Positions 19,017 through 29,108 are shown, numbered from the stretch's first letter. The stretch: 64,000 nt of DNA from an uncultured Verrucomicrobiae bacterium (GCA_963762565.1 CAVXLD010000005.1:192001-256000); one strand, 5' to 3'. Notes: generated by a model from the letters alone, not told the origin. Translations and numbers: made by a program.

Positions 19017-20567
19017 CTAGCCCTTCCGCTTCCGCCTCGGTTTGACCGGCTTCGAGTCGAACGACCAGCGCCCAAGGCGATAGGTGCGCGCGTAACCGGA
19101 TGTGCGGTTAGCAATGGTTACCGTTAGCGATCCACTGGAATCGCATTCGTATCGTTCCTCGATGTTCTGAGAGGCAGCTTCCGGCGAACGCACCACCGGC
19201 GTTTTTTGCAGGTCGCTCTTATTTGCCAGCGCAGGATCAAAGGGAAAACGGATTTCGTCCCAGAGCGCGATTTCGCCACTGGGCACTCCCGAAGGTGGAC
19301 GATGACTGCACTCCAAGAAACGGAAATGGCCGATATTGTGGGCAGGAGAATAGCAGCGGCTTAACGAGAGATTCGGCTCCCCGGGTGATGGTAATCTCAG
19401 TCCTTTTTCAAATAACGGATCGAAAATGATGCTGGTTCCGCCGTATCCTTCTCTCCACACACCGAAGTATCGGGAAAGATGTTCGCTTAACCGATAGGTG
19501 CCCGGCTGATCGGCTTGGATCGCCAGCCCAATGGCCGTTGCCGAACGGGCGTAAGCGGACCGTCGAACCCGCCGTCCAAATCGTTCCCGCAACATTCTCG
19601 AAACCAAAGGCATTTCACTTCCGCCGCCGGTGATATAGAGAACGTCGCACTCAGGGCTTAGATCCTCTGCTGCCCGAATCGTCTCTTCTACTGCCGGGCG
19701 AGCCGTTTCGTAAAAGTCTCCGATCGGAACCTGGACCGCTTGCCAATCCTGATTCGCGTGCTCCAAGTCAACCGTGATTCGGCGCGTATTGGGGTTTAAC
19801 GCCTCCTTTTTGAGCCGGCATTCTTCCAGGAGACGAAACCAAGCGGAGGCCGGCAGGTTGTCGATGGCCTTTTGACTGAGTCCAGCCACCTCCAAAGCGA
19901 GCTCAGCCAGCATCTGGTCGAAGTCGTCTCCGCCGATGGTGGGGATGCCCTCGGAAGCAACGACGTGATGCACATTCTCATCGAGCTTGACCAGCGAAGC
20001 ATCGAAAGTGCCGCCACCAAGGTCGTACACTAGAATCGTTTCCGGGCTACTCTTGCTCTGTCTCTTGCCGTGCCCGAATTCGATGCTCGCAGCACTGGGC
20101 TCATTCAACACACCGAGTACGTCGAATCCCGCGTTCCGAAACGACTCCACGGTAAGAAAACGCTGATTGCTATTAGCATGGGCGGGAACACCAAGAACAA
20201 TCTGCAGGGTCTCACCAGTGGGGGTCTGCAAGTTTGAGCGTTGGCGCAAGGTGGCCAACAAAGCGCTTGTGAGGCCGTCAAGCAGGGCAGCCAATTTCAA
20301 TTGGTTTTCACCAAGATCGAGGAGAGTTTGCGGGCCGGCGTCTTCCAACAACCGTTTTATCGAGCGAATCACCGTCCATGATTCGTCGCCTTGTTTATCG
20401 TAGGCGTCCCACCCGTACGACCGTTCATCGCCTCGGATCGCTACCAACGACGGAAACCAATCTGCCGAAGTTCCATCGGGTGCATCGAAGCTAACGAGTG
20501 GGTAATTGCCGCGATCGGCGGCAGCGACTACGATCCGATTAGTACCAAAATCAACACCTAACTTCAC
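19017..20567 (-). CDS. Hsp70-family protein (non-DnaK)
   Basis: GVDFGT, NEPSAA, VYDLGGGTFDAS, ITGGGS. Confidence 0.9.
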   Translation of the reverse strand: MKLGVDFGTNRIVVAAADRGNYPLVSFDAPDGTSADWFPSLVAIRGDERSYGWDAYDKQGDESWTVIRSIKRLLEDAGPQTLLDLGENQLKLAALLDGLTSALLATLRQRSNLQTPTGETLQIVLGVPAHANSNQRFLTVESFRNAGFDVLGVLNEPSAASIEFGHGKRQSKSSPETILVYDLGGGTFDASLVKLDENVHHVVASEGIPTIGGDDFDQMLAELALEVAGLSQKAIDNLPASAWFRLLEECRLKKEALNPNTRRITVDLEHANQDWQAVQVPIGDFYETARPAVEETIRAAEDLSPECDVLYITGGGSEMPLVSRMLRERFGRRVRRSAYARSATAIGLAIQADQPGTYRLSEHLSRYFGVWREGYGGTSIIFDPLFEKGLRLPSPGEPNLSLSRCYSPAHNIGHFRFLECSHRPPSGVPSGEIALWDEIRFPFDPALANKSDLQKTPVVRSPEAASQNIEERYECDSSGSLTVTIANRTSGYARTYRLGRWSFDSKPVKPRRKRKG

Positions 20568-20640
20568 TACCCGTATAGTGTAACGAAGTTGTGCAATCCG
20601 CTAGGCGGGCACTGCGTTTTTTAGAAGTTAAGAGTTCTTG

Positions 20641-20931
20641 GGTGGGGCGAGGCTCCCGCAAGGTGAGATGTCTTGACCGAAGGAATCAAAATTTCCGGCC
20701 CCGATTTAATCAGGCTAGGCCAATACGTTCGCCGAGCCGCGGCCCGGCGTTCACCAGCACCCGGTGGGAGAAAACGGCGCTGAGATTCGCGCGCTGACAG
20801 GGGAGGAAACATTAGAGCTGGCAAGCGCTGGGACCGGCTCGGCGCGCGTAGAGGCGTAGGTCGCGGCTGGGAAACGGAAAGCTCAGTTTCTTCGCACGTA
20901 CCATTTGGCCATTCGGGAGCCTCGCCCCACC
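20641..20931. repeat. Family C REPIN-like element
   Basis: GGTGGGGCGAGGCTCCC...GGGAGCCTCGCCCCACC. Confidence 0.85.
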
Positions 20932-21003
20932 ATCGCGGACACGCCGCTTCGCGCTTGTCCTTGCCCGTCCACCTTGATACGCTCACTCGCCGGAGGAAAA
21001 ACG

Positions 21004-21393
21004 ATGTCGGACCGTAACACTATCAGTATCCTTATTTCTCAGGAAGCATCTGAACCGCCGAAAAGAGTCGCCGGCATTCCCTGGTATCCGGGGATCACGG
21101 TTTTGCAGGCAATGGTGATCGCACAATCGATGCACCCTGGAAGCTTCTCGTTCCGAGTGCTTTACCATTCATTTTACGGCGCCTTCGTCGACATGATCGA
21201 CGGCGCCACCGATGCGGACCCGAAGTATTGGACTGTTTCGGTCAGCAATAACCCATTACCTGTCGGTGTGAGCGAAGCGATCGTGCTCGAAGACAGGCAA
21301 GGGGAAAACGTTGAAATCGAATGGCGCTTCGGCATCCCGGAGGCCGACGACGCAGCCCAAGCGTCGCGTAAGACGAAGGCTTTAGCGGAGTGA
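21004..21393 (+). CDS. DUF4430 / transcobalamin-C-like domain protein
   Basis: GGAGG RBS; TVLQAM, YGAFVDMIDG, YW, VGVS pattern. Confidence 0.7.
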   Translation: MSDRNTISILISQEASEPPKRVAGIPWYPGITVLQAMVIAQSMHPGSFSFRVLYHSFYGAFVDMIDGATDADPKYWTVSVSNNPLPVGVSEAIVLEDRQGENVEIEWRFGIPEADDAAQASRKTKALAE

Positions 21394-21572
21394 GCGCCCC
21401 GGTAGGGACGATCCCCCGCATTTCTTGGTGGGGCGAGGCTCCCGAACGACCTAGAATTGTCAGCGAAGAATTCGAACCTGGCTAAACTGGGCGTCTGCTT
21501 CGCCGTTTGGCTTGCCGAGCCGTGTCCCAGCGTTTGGCAGCGGTTTGAGAAGGAAAAGGGACCCGGTTGCGG

Positions 21573-22319
21573 TTACAAGTGGTTCTGCCCGGTGTGTTCG
21601 AGCAACGAAATCAAGCCCTCCGGCGTGCATTCGCCGGTAATGGTGATTCGTGGCAGTCGGAGTGGATCATCGCCTAGCTTACTAATGCCTTCTTCAGTGG
21701 TAACCGCGACTGTGGTACCAGCCTCTCCGACTACCCGGCGAACGGATTCGTTTTGGTCGCCGTAAGGATAAGCAAGCGTTGGAACCGGAACCCCCAGGCC
21801 TTCTTCGAGAATCGCCCGAGTTCTCTTTGTGTCCTCCGCTAGCTCCTTGGACGTCATTTCGGTCATCTTTTTGTGGATGCAGGAATGAGCACCGAACTCG
21901 ATTCCTATCGGCTGAAGGGATTTGATCTCCTCCCAAGACATTAACGGTGCGCAGTCGCCAAAGCTTGCATCCCAAAGCGCGGTTTGGCCAATTCGCTCCG
22001 CCACTAAAAACATGGTTGCGGAAAAGTCATGGCGGCGGAGTGCCGGCACCCCTCCGCTTAGAAAATCACTGTATCCGTCGTCGAAAGTCAGTAACATGCG
22101 TTTTCCGCGGACTGGGCGAAGCTGAATCGCGGCGTCGGCCCAGTCTGCGAGCGTAATAGTTTGGTACCCGGCGCGATGAAGCGCGGCCATATGAGCATCA
22201 AAAAGCTCCGGTGCTACGCGCCATCTTTTCAGACCGGGCGGCCCGTCCGTTGCAATTCGGTGGTACATGAGGATGGGAACGCAAGAGGTGTGCGCGTCTG
22301 CTGTGTCGAGTTCCGGCAT
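21573..22319 (-). CDS. Polysaccharide deacetylase (NodB/CE4)
   Basis: VPILMYHR, LTFDDGY, GAHS..H, AYPYG, LPRI. Confidence 0.93.
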   Translation of the reverse strand: MPELDTADAHTSCVPILMYHRIATDGPPGLKRWRVAPELFDAHMAALHRAGYQTITLADWADAAIQLRPVRGKRMLLTFDDGYSDFLSGGVPALRRHDFSATMFLVAERIGQTALWDASFGDCAPLMSWEEIKSLQPIGIEFGAHSCIHKKMTEMTSKELAEDTKRTRAILEEGLGVPVPTLAYPYGDQNESVRRVVGEAGTTVAVTTEEGISKLGDDPLRLPRITITGECTPEGLISLLEHTGQNHL

Positions 22320-22333
22320 AAGGCGAGGGTTGG

Positions 22334-22729
22334 CTACAATTCTGAAACCATCAACCGAATTGTGGCGCTGCGCGCAGCGACCCGCTCCGGCTCTTCCGTA
22401 GCGATCGGCCTTAGCTCAAGCGTTTGACCGTATTTTAGGCAGGTAGCGCTGTTTGCCAGCTCGACTGCCGCCTCAAAACTCTCTGCGTCGAAGATAATCA
22501 AACCTGCGATTGCTTCTTTAGATTCGATAAAAGGGCCGTCAACAATCACATCTTTACCTTCAAATAATTTCCCCCGGTGCACCAAAGGAACCGCGACTTT
22601 GATAGTTCCCGCCTCCTTAAGGCGTGTCACCCAGGCGCTGAATTCATCGAGGATCTTTTCGATTTCAGCGTCTGAAAAGTCCTTTTGCCAAGCCGTGTTG
22701 CGGATCAACAACAAATACTCGGATGCCAT
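22334..22729 (-). CDS. YciI/DGPF family protein
   Basis: YLLLIR, DGPFIESKEAIAG, ELRPI. Confidence 0.9.
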   Translation of the reverse strand: MASEYLLLIRNTAWQKDFSDAEIEKILDEFSAWVTRLKEAGTIKVAVPLVHRGKLFEGKDVIVDGPFIESKEAIAGLIIFDAESFEAAVELANSATCLKYGQTLELRPIATEEPERVAARSATIRLMVSEL

Positions 22730-22879
22730 ATCTTGAGCGGGCGCTTTTGAAGTGGAGGTTTTTCTTCCTTTCAATCGTTAACAGAGTTCTTCGGATCGAT
22801 CAGTGACTGTAATGGGGGCTTCGAGACGACCCTAACCTCGAATGGGAGCGCACCGCCGACTGGGATGGGAAACATGCAT

Positions 22880-23152
22880 TCAAAAAGCCCTACCCACATT
22901 GGGTGATTTATGAAAAGGGGTCCGGTAAAGGTTCCGACGGAGTAGTCGAGAACGCTGGATTGGCGAATCAAGCTGGATGGCAGATTCGCGCGCTGACGCA
23001 GTATCTTGCGGAGTACAAATTGACCCTAAAGATGGAGAAGAAGTAAAACGGCGACTCAAGCAGATCAACGCCGATCGCCTCCTGGTTCAAAAGCGTTAAA
23101 GTGCCGACCAGCTCATCAGATTGCCGGAGGCGCCTGTCACCAGAATCCGCAT
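22880..23152 (-). pseudogene. Decayed NAD-dependent epimerase/dehydratase (5' fragment)
   Basis: MRILVTGASGNL then stop; another frame continues LVGTL..NQEAIGVDLLESPF. Confidence 0.6.
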
Positions 23153-23174
23153 CGCTGGCTAGCGCCAGCTTTAC

Positions 23175-23288
23175 CTAAGCGGTCTTCTTTGTGTCTTCTT
23201 TCTTAGCGGCAACGGTCTTGAGGCGTTCCACCTTAGCAGCGCGCCGTTTCCGGTGTTTTACATTCACACGACCTTTGTAAGCTCCCAT
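23175..23288 (-). CDS. Small basic protein (37 aa)
   Basis: MGAYKGRVNVKHRKRRAAKVERLKTVAAKKEDTKKTA, translated by hand; below the ORF-track cutoff. Confidence 0.55.
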   Translation of the reverse strand: MGAYKGRVNVKHRKRRAAKVERLKTVAAKKEDTKKTA

Positions 23289-23373
23289 AATCCCGAGGAT
23301 CTTAGTCGAAAGGGCCTCGGTTACAAGGGGGACGGGCAGGAAAATCGTGCCGTGCTTGAATTGGGACGTGGAC

Positions 23374-23642
23374 TGGAGGGGAGCTGCTTTGGCGCGCGCC
23401 TGACGACCTCTCGATATTTGTTATATCGCGTGCCTGATCTAAAAACGTGAAAACAAGCGGCTCCCGCGAATTACCCAGCGTTTCACCCACGGTGTCATTG
23501 ATTCGTCTTCTGCCCGACTGGTAGAACTGCACAGCGCTGGGCCATTCGCGGGAGCCGCCTGTTGAGCACACTTCTGAGCTGTGATCATGAAAAAGCAATC
23601 TTGATCTAATTCTTAGGCACGCGGCAAAGCGGCTCCCCTCCA
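23374..23642. repeat. Family B element
   Basis: Same terminal IR and internal IR as 18691. Confidence 0.9.
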
Positions 23643-23695
23643 AAGCGCTTGCTCCAAGACTCCAACACTCCAATACTCCATCACTCCGATCGCCT

Positions 23696-24943
23696 ATGAA
23701 GATCACCGAAATCCGGGCTACTACGGTCACGGTTCCGCTCGAGGCTCCTTTGCGCCATAGCAACGGCGCCCATTGGGGCCGATTCGTTCGCACAGTGGTG
23801 GAAGTCGAAACCGACGAAGGCATCACTGGACTAGGCGAAATGGGTGGCGGCGGTGAAAGCGCCGCTTCAGCCTTTGCCGGGCTAAAAACGTACTTGCTTG
23901 GACACGATCCGTTCGACCTCAATCGGATGCGGTACGCGATCTGTAACCCGACGGCGTCACTCTATAATAACCGGACGCAGCTCCATGCAGCACTGGAGTT
24001 TGCTTGCCTGGATATCATTGGGAAAAAACTGGGAGTGCCCGTCTATCAGTTATTCGGCGGCCGAGTACGCGACGAGATGAGATTCGCCAGTTATCTCTTT
24101 TATCGCTATCCCAACCCGAAATCTGGCGGTGGCGAGGTGCGCACGATCGAGCAACTCGTCGCTCAAGCGAAGGCATTAAAGGCCGAGCATGGCTTTACAA
24201 CCCACAAGCTCAAAGCGGGTGTTTTTCCTCCGGATTATGAATTGGAATGTTACCGGGCGCTGGCTGCCGCCTTCCCGGACGACACCTTACGTTACGACCC
24301 GAATTGTTCTCTCTCGTTCGAGCAGGCGTTGCGCTTTGGCCAGGCAATATCGGGGCTCCGGAACGATTTCTTGGAGGACCCGACTTGGGGGTTTGCCGGC
24401 ATGCGTCATTTGCGGGAAAAGCTGTCCACTCCGCTCGCGACCAATACGATCGTGATCAACTTCGAACAACTGGCAACCAATGTGCACGACCCCGCTGTTG
24501 ATGTGATCCTTCTGGACACAACGTTCTGGGGCGGGATTCGGCCCTGTATCCGGGCTGCCCAAATCTGCGAAACATTCGGTCTCAGCATCGCCGTGCATTC
24601 ATCTGGCGAGCTCGGGATTCAACTGGCCACGATGCTTCATCTCGGGGCGGTGCTACCTAACCTGACTTTTGCCGCGGACGCGCATTACCATCATCTTCTC
24701 GACGATGTCATCGTCGGCGGCAAGATGGGGTACCAGAATGGCTGTATCCCGGTGCCGAAAGGGCCTGGTCTCGGCATCACCTTGGACCGCGAAAAGCTCG
24801 AGACTTACGCAGAACTATATCGTTCGCTTGGCGGTTACCCCTACGATCGTGATCCAGGCCGTCCTGATTGGTACCCTCTGCTGCCAAATACCGATTTTGC
24901 TGATCCCAGGGACGGTACAACGCCAGATCTTAGCAGTCGCTAG
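23696..24943 (+). CDS. Enolase-superfamily acid-sugar dehydratase (glucarate dehydratase-like)
   Basis: GLGE, KLKAG, DPN, EDP, ATN, HS, GPGLGI. Confidence 0.88.
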   Translation: MKITEIRATTVTVPLEAPLRHSNGAHWGRFVRTVVEVETDEGITGLGEMGGGGESAASAFAGLKTYLLGHDPFDLNRMRYAICNPTASLYNNRTQLHAALEFACLDIIGKKLGVPVYQLFGGRVRDEMRFASYLFYRYPNPKSGGGEVRTIEQLVAQAKALKAEHGFTTHKLKAGVFPPDYELECYRALAAAFPDDTLRYDPNCSLSFEQALRFGQAISGLRNDFLEDPTWGFAGMRHLREKLSTPLATNTIVINFEQLATNVHDPAVDVILLDTTFWGGIRPCIRAAQICETFGLSIAVHSSGELGIQLATMLHLGAVLPNLTFAADAHYHHLLDDVIVGGKMGYQNGCIPVPKGPGLGITLDREKLETYAELYRSLGGYPYDRDPGRPDWYPLLPNTDFADPRDGTTPDLSSR

Positions 24944-24965
24944 GTCCCTCCCGGGAACGAAAGCA

Positions 24966-25239
24966 TGGAGGGGAGCCGCTTTGGCGTGTGTACCGCCACC
25001 TGGCAGCATTCGTCGCAAAACAAATGCGGCCGAAACGTGTGAAAACAGGCGGCTCCCGGAAGCGTTCCAACGTGATGCAGCTCTATTGCTCGGGTGTAGA
25101 CGAAATCGGAAGGCGCGGGCTAGAGACAGCACCGTGGGTCGTTCCCGGGAGTCGCCTGATGCGACATTCTCTGGTCGGACGGAACGCTGAAACAAATAAC
25201 GCGAGGTCGTACGACAAATGCCAAAGCGGCTCCCCTCCA
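24966..25239. repeat. Family B element
   Basis: Same terminal IR as 18691. Confidence 0.9.
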
Positions 25240-25256
25240 AGCGATTCAAACCTCTA

Positions 25257-25732
25257 CTACGCGCCACTGAACGCGGAGGATAAGTCCCCGGCACGGAACG
25301 GAAACTGATCGCGATCCGGTTCCAACTGTTGATTGCCGTAATCGCAAGCGTCAGGTTAACCAGCTCGGTTTCATTGAAATGCTCGCGCGCTGCTTGGAAA
25401 GCTGCTTCGGGAACATGCGTCTCCGAGATTCGAGTCACAGTCTCGCTCCAGGCCAATGCCGCTCGTTCGCGTTCAGTATAGAAAGGCGTTTCCCGCCATG
25501 CGGTCAACGCTACCAGACGTTGCGGAGTTTCACCGGCGGCCAATGCATCTTTGCTGTGCATGTCCAGGCAATAAGCACATCCGTTAATTTGGGATGCGCG
25601 CATCTTCACCAATTCCAGCATTGATTTTTCGAGACCGCAATTGGCGAGATAGCGTTCAAATGCCTGTAGGTGCTTAATCCCTTCGGGTGCAACTTTGTAG
25701 TAGGCGATTCGGGGCTCATCAATGTTCATCAC
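25257..25732 (-). CDS. Carboxymuconolactone decarboxylase / AhpD-like protein
   Basis: ELVKMRASQINGCAYCLDMH, WRET.FYTERERAAL, INSWNR; the frame reads on to 24815, so the 3' end is uncertain. Confidence 0.88.
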
Positions 25733-25830
25733 CGGGCAAATTGGCGCCGGAACCGGTACACCGGAAGATCCATAATCGATATAATGTACCGGTCCACTTC
25801 AGTGGCGCGCGGGGACGCGCGCCCTCCCCG

Positions 25831-25891
25831 AACGCCAAACGCCGAACCCAAACGCCAAACGCCAAACGCCGAACGCCGAACGCCAAACGCC
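25831..25891. repeat. Heptamer tandem repeat (AACGCCR)n after a family A half-REP
   Basis: Directly visible. Confidence 0.9.
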
Positions 25892-25895
25892 GCGC

Positions 25896-26618
25896 CTACC
25901 AGCGTCCAGCATGGGCGCCCCCGTCGATGTGCAGGATTTCTCCAGTGACGAAGGTGGCCGATGTGAGATACAACACAGCGTCAACGATCTCCGAAATCGT
26001 AGCCAGCCGATGAATCGGATGAAGTTGACTTAGAAGGTTGTGATCGTCGTTTTCGTGCATCGGCGTATCAACTACGCCCGGGGAAATGGTATTGATGCGA
26101 ATCCCTTTTGCCGCGTATTCAATAGCAAGTGCCCGCGTAACCGCGTTCAAGCCGCCTTTGGTTAACAATTGTAGAGCGCAGGGAGCGCCGGCGAAAGGCT
26201 GGTCGACCAGCGATGTCGAGATATTGACGATATGTCCCGACTCCTGGTGCAGCATCTGCCGAATGGCGCCTTGAGTAATATAAAAGAAGCCTCCCAAGAT
26301 CGTCGATACGAGCGCATTGAAATCTTCCGTAGTGTACTCCGTGAATGGCTTAGGTATGAAAATTCCGGCATTATTGACCAGCACATCAATGCGGCCAAAT
26401 CGTTCTATCGCGGTATCAGCGACTTTCTGCGCCGTGGGGGCATCACCGATATCTCCGTCTACTAATGCAAGCCGGGATGAAGCGGTGAGGTCCGTCGATT
26501 TGGTAACGCTGCGTGAAGTGCCGACGACGTTATAACCCTCTTCCAAAAATCGACTTACTAGCCCGGCTCCAATCCCTTTGGATGCACCTGTTACAATTGC
26601 TGTTTTTTTCGTTGTCAT
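25896..26618 (-). CDS. SDR family oxidoreductase
   Basis: TGASKGIG, NNAG, VTGEILHIDGG; catalytic Tyr position reads L..TK. Confidence 0.92.
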   Translation of the reverse strand: MTTKKTAIVTGASKGIGAGLVSRFLEEGYNVVGTSRSVTKSTDLTASSRLALVDGDIGDAPTAQKVADTAIERFGRIDVLVNNAGIFIPKPFTEYTTEDFNALVSTILGGFFYITQGAIRQMLHQESGHIVNISTSLVDQPFAGAPCALQLLTKGGLNAVTRALAIEYAAKGIRINTISPGVVDTPMHENDDHNLLSQLHPIHRLATISEIVDAVLYLTSATFVTGEILHIDGGAHAGRW

Positions 26619-26627
26619 ACGCGTTTT

Positions 26628-27563
26628 CTACTTCAATCCCTGTTCCTTCATGAAGGCTTCGGTTAGCTGAATAATCTCCGCGGCTTTCAAATCCATCGCG
26701 AAATGTCCGGCCTTCAGGATATGAACCTCGGCCTGCGGATCATCGCGTCGATAGGCTTCGCCGCCGGCGACAGTAAAGGAAGTGTCGTACCGCCCCCAAA
26801 GCACCAGCATTGGAGGCTTATGATCCCGCAACCATTGTTGCCACTTCGGATAAGATTTTACGTTGTTTTGATAGTCGTAAAACAGGTCTAACTGGATATC
26901 CGCCTGTCCGGGCTGGTTTAGGAAGTAATATTCATCGACCCAGAGATCAGGATTGTACAATGAGAGATCAGGCGATGTTCCCACATGCCGTTTCTTCGTT
27001 GCCTCGAGCGATAGAAGGTTAGTTCGTACCTCGGATTCGTGGGCAGCTCGATCCTCCCAGAAAGCGCGACGAACGGTCCAAAGCGGCGATAATCCTTCTT
27101 CATGGGATACGGCATTTTGGATAATCATGGCTTGAATCTTGTCCGGATTTGCCAATGCCATGCGGAATCCAACGGGACCTCCGTAGTCTTGCATAAACAA
27201 AGTATATCGGGTCAGATGCAGTTCATCTGCAAAATCCTGCATTACTTTGGCGAGAGCGTCGAAAGTGTAAGCAAACTCTTTTGGGCTAGGCCAAGAGGAA
27301 TGACCAAACCCGGGATAGTCGGGCGCAACGAGATGATAATCTTCTGCCAGACTCGATTCCAATAGCGGTTGAAACATCCGAGATGATGATGGCAACCCGT
27401 GCAGAAGAAGGATGACCGGACCGTCTTTTGGCCCCGCCTCTCGATAGAATATGTTTAGACCGTCCACGTGAACGGACTGGTAGACGACAGCGGACGAAGT
27501 GGCAGCGGTGGCGGTATTCATAACGAAGAACAATGCCAGGAAAACAAAGCCAAGCGGCTTCAT
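26628..27563 (-). CDS. Alpha/beta hydrolase (epoxide hydrolase-like), secreted
   Basis: Signal peptide; HGLPSSS, APDYPGFG, QDYGG, AGHFA. Confidence 0.92.
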   Translation of the reverse strand: MKPLGFVFLALFFVMNTATAATSSAVVYQSVHVDGLNIFYREAGPKDGPVILLLHGLPSSSRMFQPLLESSLAEDYHLVAPDYPGFGHSSWPSPKEFAYTFDALAKVMQDFADELHLTRYTLFMQDYGGPVGFRMALANPDKIQAMIIQNAVSHEEGLSPLWTVRRAFWEDRAAHESEVRTNLLSLEATKKRHVGTSPDLSLYNPDLWVDEYYFLNQPGQADIQLDLFYDYQNNVKSYPKWQQWLRDHKPPMLVLWGRYDTSFTVAGGEAYRRDDPQAEVHILKAGHFAMDLKAAEIIQLTEAFMKEQGLK

Positions 27564-27575
27564 AGGTTAATACAG

Positions 27576-28094
27576 TTAAATTTCAAATATTGTCTCAACG
27601 ACCACCGGCGTGCTGACCGGCAAACTGTAAACGCCATAGACGACGCGTGTGTGTCCGGCCGCAGAACCGAAGAGTTGGACGAAGAGGTTCGAGGCTCCAT
27701 CCGCTACCGTCGCGTGCTCAGTAAAATCTTCCGTAGTTGCTAACTGGACCGTGACCTTTACTAACTTTTTAATCTTGTCTAAATCGCCGAGGTATTCTTC
27801 GGCTGCCGCTAACGCGGTTAATGCTGCTAACCGGGCGGCCTCCTGACCCTGGCTGACCGAAAGATCGCGCCCGATACGCCCTTTGAAAGCGAGTTTGCGA
27901 TCGATTAGCGGTAATGTGCCGCTGATATAGAGGAGAGAACCGGCTTGAGACGCCTCAACGTAGGCACCTAAAGGTGAGGGCGGCTTCGGTAACTCAATGC
28001 CCAGATCTCGGAGACGCGAACCTGCTTTGCCGGACTCTCCCAGGGTTTGAGATGCTGGGGTCACATCGGCGGTTGTTGCTACTGGCGGGTTCAT
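27576..28094 (-). CDS. RidA/YjgF family protein
   Basis: PLGAYV, LYISGTLP, VADGASNL, GHTR. Confidence 0.9.
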   Translation of the reverse strand: MNPPVATTADVTPASQTLGESGKAGSRLRDLGIELPKPPSPLGAYVEASQAGSLLYISGTLPLIDRKLAFKGRIGRDLSVSQGQEAARLAALTALAAAEEYLGDLDKIKKLVKVTVQLATTEDFTEHATVADGASNLFVQLFGSAAGHTRVVYGVYSLPVSTPVVVETIFEI

Positions 28095-28125
28095 GAAGCC
28101 ACCTTTTGCACTTCGTAAAGGGAGA

Positions 28126-28146
28126 ATCTATTGGACCAAAGTCCTA
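28126..28146 (-). promoter_or_regulatory. 21-bp shared motif, copy 1
   Basis: ATCTATTGGACCAAAGTCCTA, 31 bp upstream of the ridA ATG. Confidence 0.65.
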
Positions 28147-28163
28147 GGGTGATGGTCCGTGAC

Positions 28164-28441
28164 TGGAGGGGAGCCGCTGTGGATCGTACTGAAGGGACCC
28201 CGCACTATTTTTCTCGGCGCGTGGATGACCACAGATTTTTTTAAACAGGCGGCTCCCGCGAACGACCCAACATGTGTGTGTTTCCTCGTTCGTGAAAAAG
28301 AGTAATCGAACCAACCGTCGGGCAAAACGTCACCCTGGGTCATTCCCGGGAGCCGCCTGTTTAACCCGACATCTTGACCTACTTCGGACTGGGAAGAATA
28401 TGTAAGGTCGTTGAGGTATGCGCCAAAGCGGCTCCCCTCCA
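28164..28441. repeat. Family B element, followed by a family A half-REP with insert (28456-28510)
   Basis: Same terminal IR as 18691. Confidence 0.88.
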
Positions 28442-28521
28442 GGCACATCCTCGGGGCGCGCGGGGATCCTCCGTCGCTAAAGCTATGGCGGACAGGCAGC
28501 ACGCCCTCCCGGATTTCCCGC

Positions 28522-28830
28522 TCAAGGAACTTTTGCCGCTAGAACTCCAACCTTTTCGATCGTGGGCGGCTCCGCCAAAAGCTCGGGAGCCTTCTGCATC
28601 AGCGCCGCGGCCAACCGGCCGGATAGATGTGCCTCTCGGCCGGACTCGTCCACAAATGTATCGAAAATTCCAAAAGTCGATGGTCCAAGCTTAAGGGCGA
28701 ACCAAGTGGTCGTACCCGCCTCTTCCTGCGCAATGGATAGTCCTGCCTTGAGAAACTGTTCTGTTTCCGCCTCTTTACCAGCCTTCGCCTCTAAGCGAAC
28801 CAGCAGCGCCAAATTCGAATCTTGTTTCAT
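28522..28830 (-). CDS. Antibiotic biosynthesis monooxygenase (putative quinol monooxygenase)
   Basis: LLVRLEAKAGKE, WFA, FGIFDTF..ESGREAHL.G. Confidence 0.9.
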   Translation of the reverse strand: MKQDSNLALLVRLEAKAGKEAETEQFLKAGLSIAQEEAGTTTWFALKLGPSTFGIFDTFVDESGREAHLSGRLAAALMQKAPELLAEPPTIEKVGVLAAKVP

Positions 28831-28865
28831 TTTGCGTCTAGGTTTTCTAAGTGTGCTGTCCCATA

Positions 28866-29108
28866 AATAACATGGCTTTCGCCGTCGGCCAGTTGGCTGT
28901 TTTTCAAGGCGCGAGCGAAGCGCCCATATCTGATTCATACGGGTCGAGCGAGCAACGCGGAAAAACAGCCAACTGGCCACGGCCCGGAGGGTTGCGATGA
29001 AAATGGGCCGGCGGCTGCGTTGCTCGTCGGTTACGTATCGATCTAGATATGCGCTCTCCTCGCGCCTTGCCGGCGGCCCATTTTGATCGCAACGAAAGCC
29101 ATGTTATT
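28866..29108. repeat. Long imperfect palindrome, family H
   Basis: AATAACATGGCTTTCG...CGAAAGCCATGTTATT; inner GGCCAGTTGGCTGTTTTTC IR; related end at about 44165. Confidence 0.8.
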
